This document shows, piece after piece, positions 46,494-56,816 of a stretch of DNA of 64,000 bases. This DNA is from Diplonema japonicum (lineage: Eukaryota > Protista > Euglenozoa: Diplonemea): positions 186,001 to 250,000 of the forward strand of contig OZ025700.1 in NCBI GenBank assembly GCA_964019335.1, given 5' to 3'. Positions within the stretch are counted from its first letter, which is position 1; each line of letters begins with the position of its first letter. The notes under the pieces were generated by a model. It did not search any database, was not told the origin of the DNA, and saw nothing but the letters and a program-made list of their open reading frames with translations. A program made the translations under genes and the position numbers.

Positions 46494-47238
46494 AATACCT
46501 TCTCAGCCATAACCTGTGCGCCCTTCACGCCCTTGCTCGCGGGGGTGAGGACGACCTCCGCACCGTAAGCCTGAAGGAGGCATCGTCTTTCAAGCGACAT
46601 CGTGTGCTGGGGGGGGGAAATATATATTTTTCTTTTTTTCGTTTTTAAAAAATATACCGGCATTGTAAGGACGACGTGGTAGCCCTTGGCGGCGCCCAGC
46701 ATGGCGAGGGCAATGCCGGTGTTACCGGATGTGGCCTCCACGAGGGTGGACTTGCCTGGGGTGATGAAGCCGTTTCGCTCAGCAGAGTCAATCATTGCAA
46801 GACCAAGCCTGTCTTTGACAGAGTTTGCGGGGTTCTCGGACTCCAGTTTAACGCAAATGCGTGCCTTGCAATCCTCAGGGAGCGACTTCTTGAGCCACAC
46901 CATTGGGGTGTCTCCTATACATTCCCAGATTCCATCCTTCACACCTCCCTTGGGCGGGAATGTCTTGGACGGTACTGTAGCCTTGCTGGCGGGTGAGGCC
47001 GCCTCCGCGTCTACAGATTCTGTCCTTGCATCGATTTCTTCCGACTCCACCTTTTGCGGCTTTTCTTCTTCCTCCTTCTTTGTTTCGCCTGCGGGGGGGT
47101 TCTCTACCTTTTCCTCAGGCTTCTCTTCTGGTTTCTTCCCCACCGGTTTGGTTGATGTCGTAGTTGGTCTTTTTTTTTTTTTTTTTTTTTTTTTTGAAAC
47201 ACATACTTCGCCTCCTCCTTCCCCCCGCAACAACCCAT
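45740..47238 (-). CDS. cysK: Cysteine synthase (O-acetylserine sulfhydrylase) with MGCC leader and acidic extensions; introns 47169-47206, 46607-46657, 46454-46498
   Basis: ENPANSVKDR (PLP lysine), EATSGNTG, GVGTGGT, HKIQGIG, PSYGERYLST. First exon encodes MGCCGGKEEAK. Confidence 0.92.
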
Positions 47239-47634
47239 CTTTTATTTTATTTTATTTTTGAACTGTTTCTTCGATTGGGGGGGGGGGGGGGGGGGTTCCA
47301 CAAGAAAAAAGAAATTAACGAGGGAAAAAAAAAATAACATCACACGAGTGACAAAAAAAAAATACGGAGGCAAACGACCAAAAAAAGAAGGGAAAAAAAA
47401 AAAAGAAACCAACTAATGAAAGAGAGATGGGGGAGCTTTCCCCCCCCCATCCACCCCACACTTTGTTGCTTTTTCTTTTTTTTTTTTTTTTTCTTCCCGT
47501 TATCCACGTGTGGCGGGGGGAGAGTGAGATGTAAAGAATGAATGAAGCAGCAGGAAAGTAGAGAAAGAAGCGAACAAAAAAAAAAAAAAAAACCGACTTT
47601 AACAGATACAATATACCCCCTCCCCTCCCCATAA

Positions 47635-48044
47635 TCATGATTTAAGCAACCCGGTTTGGGTTAAGACCACTCCCAAGACACCCAAAATCAAAATGAAACA
47701 GATAATATAGCAGCAGTACTTATCCCTGTCAACGTCTTTCAAGGTGTCCTTGAGTTTTCCGTTCAGAGATTTCAGCTGCCTCCCGATGTTCTCAGCCTTG
47801 ATGTTTACATTATCAAGGATTTGGTTTTGAGCCTCAATGACTCCTTGGGTTTCGAGGGCGTTCTGCTTGAGCCTGCTGAGGCTTTGACTGACGTTGTAAA
47901 GGCCTTTGTTAATCGCCTCATTCCGTTGCGCCGATTCTTGGTAAAACATCTGAAACTCCTCGTCTTGTGTTGGGTCAATGAGCGGTTGGTCCAAGGTGTC
48001 CTCGAAGGTGTGATATCCTCCTTTTGTATTGTCCTGGTCAAGCT

Positions 48045-48085
<41 letters not shown>

Positions 48086-48647
48086 CCTTTTTTTTTTCCC
48101 CTCCTACATACATCGAAAGCAGGTGACGCCGGTGCAACATCATGGTTGTCATCGACTAATGTGCCCGCTCCACGAAATCGTTGTTTGTACCTTTTTTTTT
48201 TTTTTTTTTTTTTTTTTTATTTTTATTTTTTTTTTGCCTATACATTGTCTCTGTTTTCCTCACGTGTCGCATCAGGTCGCTGTACTCCTCCCCTTTCCCT
48301 TGGTGCATCGCGTCTTTCTTCATTGACATGGAGGTCGTCTTCAGCGTCCTGAGGTTCCTCCGCAACCGATTCGAGACCTCAGCTTTTTTTCGTGAATCAC
48401 CGCTGTTGAGATCGTCAAGGGCTTTCGTATCCTTTTTTTTTTTTTTTTTTTTTTTTTGTGAAAAAAAAATTACCTCTCTCACGCTCATCATCAGCTTAGA
48501 ACACTCAAACCTTCCCTTCTCGTACTTGCTCATGTTAGACGTATCCACGTCGATACTTTCTTCTTTAGAATTTTCGCCCACACCCATCTCTCCCGCTACC
48601 TTTTGCAGCCGCCTCATATACAGCTCCAACATCTGAGCATTTGACAT
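47635..48647 (-). CDS. Qc-SNARE, SYP7-like; introns 48432-48473, 48191-48243, 48043-48111
   Basis: N-terminal helical region, SNARE heptads with central Q (IEAQNQILD), C-terminal TM (YCCYIICFILILGVLGVVL). Confidence 0.82.
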
Positions 48648-49385
48648 TTTTTTTTGTTGGGCAGGGGCAACCCCCCACGTGCCCCCTCCTATAGTGTACC
48701 TTTTTGTTTAGTTTAAGGGAAGGGGGGAGGAAAAAAAAAAAAGAAGGAAAAAAACAAGAACGGAGGAAGAATAAGATGAAGGAAACAAAAAAAAAAAGAT
48801 GATAGGGAAGAATGTGTTGGGCAAAAAAAAAAAAAAAAAAAAAAAAATAGGCCACCTCAGTGGCGTAGCCATTGCAATTGATGCACCCATCCCCTCCTCC
48901 CCCCCTGGAATAAAAAAAGGGGGGGCCTTTTGTTTTCTTTTTTTGTTGCCACTGCCAAACTCGGAGAAAGGTGGGGTCTCAGTAATGGCAAAAAAAAGAT
49001 AAAAAAGGGAATGGAAAAAAGAAAAAGAAAAAAAAGGGTTAAAGATGCACGGAATCAAAACGGAGATCTCACAAAAAAAACTCTCTGCTCCCTTGTAAAA
49101 ATTTTCTTTCATTCCATCTTCTCCTCGATACCACTTTTTTTCTTCTTTTTTTTTTTTCTCTTTTGAGAGACGCCAGCGTTTCTTTACTACAGCGAAACAC
49201 TTGAACGCAAAAAAGAAAAAAAGAAAAAAAAAGCAAGAGCAACGAAAAGGGAAAGCTGAGAATCAAAGAAATAAAAAAAAAAAAAAACGCGGGCAATCAA
49301 AAGAGGGGATCTTTCTCGAAGTATTCTTTTTTTCTGTGCAAGTAAATATTAATAAAAAAAAAAAAAAACTGTATCATGATTTCAC

Positions 49386-50113
49386 TTACTGCCTGGAGGC
49401 CTTAAGCTGCTCTGCAATATCTTTTGCCTTAGTCCACCCCTCACTGTACCCCTTGATCTCGCTAAGCCTCTTGATGTAGGCAAGGATGTTCGGGTACTTG
49501 TCAAGAATGTCCATGATCTGGAGCTGGTCTACCTCAGGTGCGAAGAGGAAGTCTGCAAGAGTGAGCTTGTCACCAACAATGAATTTCTGCTCCCCAAGGA
49601 GCTTGTTGTAGTCTTCCAGCAGAGGAGTAATGGTTTCGATACCTTCAGGGACCGTCTCCTTGTCTCCTAGGAGAGCAGGGATAATCACCTTGGTCGAGAA
49701 CTTTCTCACCTGGGCGTAGTGGCGACCGAAGTACTGGTCCAGCAGAATAACATCCTTCTGAGAAACCGGCTTCAAATCGCTACCAGCGATGTAGCTGAGA
49801 ATGGCCAAGGACTCTTCCAAGTAGAAGGTCCCCTCCTCGAAGGCGGGTACCTGGCCAGCAGGGAATTTCTTTACGTACTCAGGTGCCTTTTGGGCTCCCT
49901 TCATGAGGTCAACATCCCTCACCTCGACATCCTTACCGGCGTAGGCGATGTACCACTGGATGGACCTGCAGGGCTGAGACAGGGGGTGCCCGTGCAGAAC
50001 TGCCTTTGCCTTGTCCTCAGCAACCGGAAGCGCCTCAGGAACGGCCTTGGCGGCTGCCTTGGCGGTGGCGGTGGCGGTGGCGGCCTTCTTGTTGTCGGTG
50101 GATGATGTGCAAC

Positions 50114-50117
<4 letters not shown>
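49386..50117 (-). CDS. Glutathione S-transferase (theta-like) with MGC leader, intronless
   Basis: MGCTSS start; HPLSQPCRS, PAGQVPAF, ESLAILSY, LTLADFLFAPEVDQL. Confidence 0.92.
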
Positions 50118-50150
<33 letters not shown>

Positions 50151-50294
50151 CTAAGTAATGTCTGGAACGTGGGGGGTTTTTTTTTTTTTTTTTTCTTTTT
50201 TTCTTCTCCTTCCAGCAGGATATTTTAGTCAGAACAAAAAAAAAATTCTTTTTTTTTTTTTTATTTACATCTTATTTTCTTTTTTTTTTAAATT

Positions 50295-51796
50295 CTAATT
50301 GCCGAGAAGGCTTTCCACCAACACCTTCGCTTCCTTGTTCCATACTTTCCAAGACACCATGAGCATCGTTCGGAAATGGCTGTCCTCTACAACCTCCTCG
50401 GACACACCTGAATAATACAAAAGAAACTCGTCAAAGGAAACCAGCCCCGACGGGAAGTACGCGACGTCCCACGCATCCAAGAAGTTAGAGAGGGACTGTC
50501 CTTTGGTGACGAGCCCGTTGGCCACCTCGGGTACAAGGTCGGGGACGTAGTTGGATATCAGAAGCTCGACGGGGAGCTTTCCGTTCTTCCTGCGGGGAAG
50601 CTTTTTCCATGTTCGCTCAAGGAGCATTGTCCTGACAGCAGTGATGTCGCCGACAAGGCTGTGCGCAAAGGCGTAGTAATCGAAAGTGTTGTTCTTCCTG
50701 GTGTCGAAGTCCTTGCACAGAAGCTCGATTTCTTCCTCAGAGATGAAGTGGTGGAGACGGACTGCGCGTACCACATCAGCCACTGTGGCTTGACTCACAT
50801 ACCCGTACCCCTGTTCATCCCTCATGTAAAACTCTCTCGATACACCGTGGCACTTGGCTGGAAGCTTCTCCAATGCGAGTTTTCTGATTTTCATGACGAC
50901 GCCCTCCGCCTTGCTCCGTGCCGTGTTGTCTTGAACGGCAAGCTCGCGCTCTTCTATCGTGTATGAAGCCGGCTGTTTTATTGTCATTATGTTTTTTTTA
51001 TTCAAAAATGAAAACACATACATTTCTGCATGTTAGTGAACTGTCCAGCCCGGTAAATCGATCGCCTGCCCGCCAGCCCGAAGGTTGTCCTCCAAGGAGT
51101 TCATCGAGCCTCCACACGGACAGCATCATCGCGATGAAGGCGTCATCGGTGTCGAAGGCGGCGCTCACACACGCGTAGTGCTGTTGGAACTCTTGTTTGG
51201 ACAGCAGGCCGTCGGGGTTGGTCTCGGAGTCGAACGACGAGAAGAACTCTCGTTCCACCTCGTCAAGTGTCTTTCTGCCGGAAAGGTAGTCCGAATGTCC
51301 AGACGCATCAAAGCCTGCTTTGAATTCATCTAACGTCAGCCTCCCATCGTTGTTTTGATCAAAGAGACTGAACACGCGTGAGATGTACGCTTTGCGTTTC
51401 GGTCGCAGCCCGAGCTGTGATTTTTTTTTTTTTTTTTTCGTTCTCCCTTTTAAATCACACACCCTGAATGCGGTTAAAAATTCTGTTGCGCCTATGCTTC
51501 CGTCTCTGTTCAAATCGAATGTAGCCATCTGGTGATGAGGGTAGAAGGGAAAAAAAGAAAGGGGTGGGGGAGGGAAATACCAATTTGTTGACCTCTCCCT
51601 CTGTCAGGTTCAGTCCGTAGTCAGACAAACACCGAGCGAATTCCTCTTTGGACACCATGTGGTCTCCGTCATCGTCTGCAATTCGGAAGCACCGTGACAA
51701 GCCCCTCACCCCTGTCACGCCCCCGATCCTTATCAGCAGCCGTTTGACTTTCTGGATCAAAGGGTCCTGCTTGAGCAAACATGTACTGCTGCTCAT
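50295..51796 (-). CDS. Calcyphosin-like multi-EF-hand protein; introns 51529-51580, 51415-51462, 50973-51021
   Basis: GVRGLSRCFRIADDDGD, FDLNRDGSI, FDQNNDGRL, EFQQHYACVSAAFDTDDAFIAMMLSVW, plus a second degenerate repeat. Confidence 0.88.
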
Positions 51797-51880
51797 TTTA
51801 TCCCTCCCGCCCTTTTTCTTTTTTTTTCTTCTTTTTCTTACTGGGAGCAGCTTTAAAAAAAAAAAAATTCTTTTTTTTTT

Positions 51881-52078
51881 TTAAGTCATGGGTGCAAGAC
51901 CAACCTGGTCCATCTCACGCATTCTATTTAAATTCCCGTACGTGTTTTTCACTACGAATATGCTGCATGCTGTCACCACCATCAGACACAGGAGTTTCAG
52001 GCTTTGATTGGTGAAGAAGCTGTTACCCAACCCAGCAAGGGTCATAAGAAGGTATACATGAGATTTGTGTACTTGCAT
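51881..52078 (-). CDS. Putative 65-aa small membrane protein
   Basis: The ORF fills a homopolymer-free island almost exactly, follows a poly-U tract plus GAAG and AAATG, and has two hydrophobic segments. Confidence 0.5.
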   Translation of the reverse strand: MQVHKSHVYLLMTLAGLGNSFFTNQSLKLLCLMVVTACSIFVVKNTYGNLNRMREMDQVGLAPMT

Positions 52079-52143
52079 TTGCCTTCAAAAAAAAAAAAAA
52101 AAAAAAAAAAAACTGAAAAGCAACAAAAAAAAAAAAAAAAAAA

Positions 52144-52623
52144 TCAGGATAAAACTTTGACCTCCGAGTAGTCACCAGTTAACAGCATTTCATGTATGAC
52201 AAGTCTTTGCCAAACGGCTTTCTCCTTAGGGTCCCGAGGGGCATCCACAGAAGGAGATGGTAAGGGGCGATGGGAAGGGGATGGCACAAGGGGGGAAATA
52301 GGAGTTATTGGAGGTTCCTTGGTCTTTTCTTCAGGTTCTTTTACGGGATTTAGTTGCATCGATGCCAGGGGGTTCTCGGCCTCTGGAGAGAGGGGGATGT
52401 TGGTGTTTGTCTTTGAGACTTCTTCGCAGGGTCGATTTCGGACAACGTGCTCTTCCCACTCTCGGACCTTTTGCTCCTTTTTGTCCACCGGGTTCAATTT
52501 TTTCTTTTCGTTTTTATCTTTTTTCGCAAAACACCCAAATCCGTCTGTCGCCACCACCGCACATGCGAGCAACAACAGCAAAACACCACAAATTATCAGG
52601 ATTATTGCGGTTGTTTCATCCAT
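52144..52623 (-). CDS. Hypothetical single-pass membrane protein with Pro-rich tail
   Basis: N-terminal TM (AIILIICGVLLLLLACAVVA), basic juxtamembrane stretch, AAAATG start context. Confidence 0.7.
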   Translation of the reverse strand: MDETTAIILIICGVLLLLLACAVVATDGFGCFAKKDKNEKKKLNPVDKKEQKVREWEEHVVRNRPCEEVSKTNTNIPLSPEAENPLASMQLNPVKEPEEKTKEPPITPISPLVPSPSHRPLPSPSVDAPRDPKEKAVWQRLVIHEMLLTGDYSEVKVLS

Positions 52624-53438
52624 TTTCTTGCGGGCATGCGAAACTCACCTCCCCCTTTCCCTCCCTGTTTTTTTCTTTTTTTAACGTGGATTTACCTCGG
52701 GAAAAAAAAAAAGAAAAAGAGAATACAGCACACTAAAAAAAAGAAAGAAAAAGAAAAAGTTTTTTTTAATAGACAGTGTTGGGTGTTTATTGGGTGGGGG
52801 GTTCACAAAAAAAAGGGGGCGAGGGGGTTGTTAAAAAAAAAGAAAAAAAGAAGAAACGGGGTGATGGCGGGTAGGGAGGGGGGGGCGAAAAAAGGGATAA
52901 AAAGGAAAGTGGTAGCACAAATACAACATAAAGGGGGGGGGGGGGGGGAACAGGGGGAGGGGGGAGAGGACTGAAACCATAGCAAAAAAAAAAAAGAAAA
53001 TAAATAAAATGAGAAAACAAAGATATTTGAGTAGGAGAAGAAGAAATACGGATCAAGGGGGGAAAAGAAAAAAAGAAAGAAAGAAAAATAGGGTGCCCCC
53101 CCATGTGGGGGTAAAAAAAGGGGAAGGAAAAAGAAAATTGGAGAGAGAGAAAGGGGGCGGGGGAAGGGGTGAGGGGGGACAAGTGATCGGCCTCGGACAT
53201 CTATAGGTGGTAAAAAAAAAAATGGAGGGGGGATGGCTATTTTATTTTTTAAAAATTTTGTTCCTTCGGGGGCGGAAAAAAAAATAAAAGACGGGGGGTA
53301 AAAGAAATGTACAAAAAAAAAGTAGCCCGAACTTTATTTGTTTTTTTTTCTTCTTTTTTTTTTTTTTTGCTCCCTCTCACCCCCTCTTCTCCCCCCATCC
53401 CTTGTTGGCTCTATCTTTCTCAATTTTTTCTTTTTCAA

Positions 53439-53482
<44 letters not shown>

Positions 53483-53513
53483 ACTTCAAAAAAAAGGGTT
53501 GGGGAAAAAAGGG

Positions 53514-53563
<50 letters not shown>

Positions 53564-53633
53564 GCCGACCAATGAAATGGGAATAAAAAAAAAAAAAAAA
53601 AAAAAAAAAAATCACTAAAAAAAATATAATTTT

Positions 53634-54635
53634 TTACAGCATCAGCACGACAAGGACGGAAGCGATGGAAAGCAGGGCTGAGAATGTGGTGGTGGTGGAA
53701 GCCTCGAAAACAGCAGCCAAGTTACCGCCACCGAGCGCGGTACCTGCCTGGCCAATACCGAAGCCCTGCTCCCACATCGAGCAGAACGCGTCAGATTCCA
53801 GCGACTTGGTGGTACCCCCGAAGATAAGCCTTGCCCTCTGATTGTTCATGATCTCGGGGGTGAACTCGTCCTTCTTCTCATCGGTGGTGGGCTCCCTCCT
53901 GTTGCAAACCTCGAAAAGAGTGTCACAGCTGTCCCTCTCCACCCATCTGATGTAATGGTCATCGGTGTTGGTGGTGGTGTTGAAAGTAGACTGTGCAGTG
54001 TACGGTGTAGCACCAGCAGTCCTTCCTGCAGCAATCGATGCGGCAACGGTAGCCTTGTCAACAGCGATCTGGGGGAACGCGATCGAACAAAGCATTTCCT
54101 TCATGTAGACGCCGCACCAGTTAGCTGTTACGTCCTCAGACCTTCCGGTTCCCCACCTAACGGTGTCCAAAGAGATACCACCCTTGGTGACGGCGAAGGA
54201 AGATTTGTAGCCGTTAGTAGTGCCGAACATGTTGAAGAGGGCCTTGGCCTCGTTGTCGGCTTGGGTGAAGGCGGTTTGAACAGCAGTGTTGGAGGTGGTG
54301 CTGAAGTCGCGTACGCAAATAGCGCCCTCACCAGGTAGGGAACCGGCACCGTCGGTGTACCTGTCAAGGTATGAACCGCAGAAGCTGACTGTCCATGTTC
54401 CGCTGCCCACCGCCGCCTTCACCTCCGCCACTGTCGCCACTTGGGCCGTGCTTGTCCCGTTTCCAATCACGGAGCTGTTCGCACCACTGACGTCTGTCGT
54501 CGATGGGAACGGTACCTTCGTGTCGCTGCCGCCTGTGTTGCACGCAATCCTTCCGTCCACCATGTAGTCACAGTTCCCGCACCCTGAGGCCCCCGCCCCC
54601 ACTACAAGGAACGCCATCCCAATTACTGCGCGCAT
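53634..54635 (-). CDS. Secreted, probably GPI-anchored Cys-rich surface protein (Frizzled-CRD-like spacing)
   Basis: Signal peptide, WCGVYMKEMLCSIAFP...RDSCDTLFEVC, hydrophobic C-terminus after small residues. Confidence 0.75.
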   Translation of the reverse strand: MRAVIGMAFLVVGAGASGCGNCDYMVDGRIACNTGGSDTKVPFPSTTDVSGANSSVIGNGTSTAQVATVAEVKAAVGSGTWTVSFCGSYLDRYTDGAGSLPGEGAICVRDFSTTSNTAVQTAFTQADNEAKALFNMFGTTNGYKSSFAVTKGGISLDTVRWGTGRSEDVTANWCGVYMKEMLCSIAFPQIAVDKATVAASIAAGRTAGATPYTAQSTFNTTTNTDDHYIRWVERDSCDTLFEVCNRREPTTDEKKDEFTPEIMNNQRARLIFGGTTKSLESDAFCSMWEQGFGIGQAGTALGGGNLAAVFEASTTTTFSALLSIASVLVVLML

Positions 54636-54814
54636 TTTCCTTTTTTTTTTTTTTTTTTCTCTCTTCTTTTTACTACTTTTTTTTTTGATTTTTTAAAAAT
54701 TTTCCGGGAATAAAAAAAAAAAATAGAAATTACAAAAAAAAAAAAGAGAAAAAAAAAACACTCACACCGCTCCTCCGTCCATTTTTTTTTACTTTTGTTT
54801 TGTTTTCGTCTTCA

Positions 54815-55461
54815 TTAGAAATCAAGCAATTCATCTTCCTTCGGGTGGTACTGTGGGGAGAGGGGTATTTTTTTTTCTTCTTTTTTTTTTCCTCTTCAAA
54901 ACACATACTTTTGGGTAACTCCGTGCCCGGTCCCGCAAAATATTCGCATGGTCCAAACACCTTTGGTGTCTTTGGATAATGTTGTAGTTGTTGGGGACGG
55001 GAACCATAATACGCTGGCGAAGGTTACCGAAGTACCCTTCCAGCTGAACCCGGTTACTTCCCCGCCAGTCCTCCAGATCTAAGAGTTGCATGTCCTCTGA
55101 GCCCAAGTTGATTCTCGGGAGTTCTTCATCATTGATGGTTAGGTATTGGTAGCGTGTTTTCTCCCAGTTTACATCAGGCCGGTGGTACCGCTTGAGGTGG
55201 GAGGGGGTCTCCTCCCTTTCCCAAGACATCATACGGGGATTTTCTTTGATAAGTTTCCTCCACAACATATGCCCTTTCACGTGAGGCTGGTGATATTGAC
55301 TCTCCATCACTCCCCATTTTTGATGGTAATAACTTGTGGGTGCCTTTTTTTTTTTTTTTTTTTTTTCTTTTTTTTTTTTTTGTGAATACCCTCCCAGCTT
55401 CATAAAGTGATGTTTGTCTATTACCCCCTGTGGCCCGGATCACTGCAGTTCGTTTCAACAT
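54815..55461 (-). CDS. Hypothetical protein, likely mitochondrial; introns 55344-55389 and 54851-54908
   Basis: MLKRTAVIRA presequence-like start. Splicing gives a continuous frame (EAGR|APTSYY...YPK|YHPKEDELLDF). Confidence 0.72.
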
Positions 55462-55642
55462 ATTTTTCTTTTAAATTATTTGTACACCCCCCCCCCCCCC
55501 CCCCTTCTCTCTTCTTCCTCACCCCTCTTTTTTTTTTCCCCCTTCGCTTTTTTTCCGGCGGTTTTTATAATAAAGACAATACAAGAATACAGAAAATCTC
55601 AAGACTACGTAATAAAATCTAAAAAAAAAAAAAAAAAAAAAA

Positions 55643-56617
55643 TCATTGGACTGGTGCCCCTGCTTTGTGTGCAATGTAACTTTCCAGCAATTTATTAAGA
55701 GACGCGATGCGCCGTTCTTCGTTGGCGAGGTGTTTTTGGATCTCCCCGACGGGTGCAGAGAGAACGGTACCCGGAGGGGTGTGTTCCACACCGCCTACAG
55801 ACCAGTTCACGGACAGCGAGGACAGAGTGGTTTCAAGGGAAGCGAAAGGTGTGTCAAGAGCCTTCGCAGCCTGCAGCAGTGCATGGCAGCCTTCCAAGGA
55901 CGCACAGGCAGAGTGTGTGCCAGGGTTTGCTGTATTAGTCAAAATCGTTGCGTACTTCAAATTCTGTGCATGGCACTCTCTAAGATCCTCCGAGTAACGT
56001 GTGTTGTGCTTTCGTAACACATCGTTTTCCTTACCCAACGCCTGCACCTCGCCGCGTAGGTCCTTCACCTCCCGGTTCAACTTTGTGACCTGCTTGTTGT
56101 TTTCATCTTGGCCTTTTCTATCTAATCCAACGCTTTCCGACCGCTTGCGTATCAGTCTCGTCCTGTCCCTGATGGGGGTTCTTACGCTCTTCCCCACGCT
56201 CTCCCTTAGTCTTGCTATTTCTTTATTCCGGTAATTTTCTATCTCCATCTGCTGGTCCGTGAGTGTTGTTTCAAGCCCCTTCATATCATGGAGGGTGTGC
56301 TGGTGCTCGGATTGAAGGTGTGCGTAGTCGGCTCGGAGCTGCAAGAGCTGGCTGCTTAAAAGTGCTTCCCTGTTCTGATGCAGGTCCAGCGTGCAGGCTG
56401 TGGTCGCCTTCTCGTGTTGCGCCTTCTCCGCCGCGCACAACAGGTGGCTCACGGCTTGGTCCTTCTTCCCCAGCTCCAGAGCGAGCACACGGTTTGCTCG
56501 GCGCAGCGACGCCATTTCATCGGTTTGTTCGTCGCTTTCCAACGATTCCGTGTAGCTCTCTACCACGCTTGGTGTGCTCCTGCGGACAAGCCGCCGCCTC
56601 CTTGGGCTTGCAGGCAT
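55643..56617 (-). CDS. Hypothetical coiled-coil protein
   Basis: 324-aa ORF with heptad-rich segments. Confidence 0.75.
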   Translation of the reverse strand: MPASPRRRRLVRRSTPSVVESYTESLESDEQTDEMASLRRANRVLALELGKKDQAVSHLLCAAEKAQHEKATTACTLDLHQNREALLSSQLLQLRADYAHLQSEHQHTLHDMKGLETTLTDQQMEIENYRNKEIARLRESVGKSVRTPIRDRTRLIRKRSESVGLDRKGQDENNKQVTKLNREVKDLRGEVQALGKENDVLRKHNTRYSEDLRECHAQNLKYATILTNTANPGTHSACASLEGCHALLQAAKALDTPFASLETTLSSLSVNWSVGGVEHTPPGTVLSAPVGEIQKHLANEERRIASLNKLLESYIAHKAGAPVQ

Positions 56618-56748
56618 TGTACTGTGATGGTCGGTATTCAGAGAAGAAATAAAAAATTATACTCTTTTTTTAAAAAAAAAAAAAGATGATACAATGTAAA
56701 ACTCCTGGTCCCCAGCAGAGGTCCGTTTTTTCCTTTTTTTAAAAAAAT

Positions 56749-56792
<44 letters not shown>

Positions 56793-56816
56793 AGGAAAGG
56801 GGGACAGAAAAGATGC

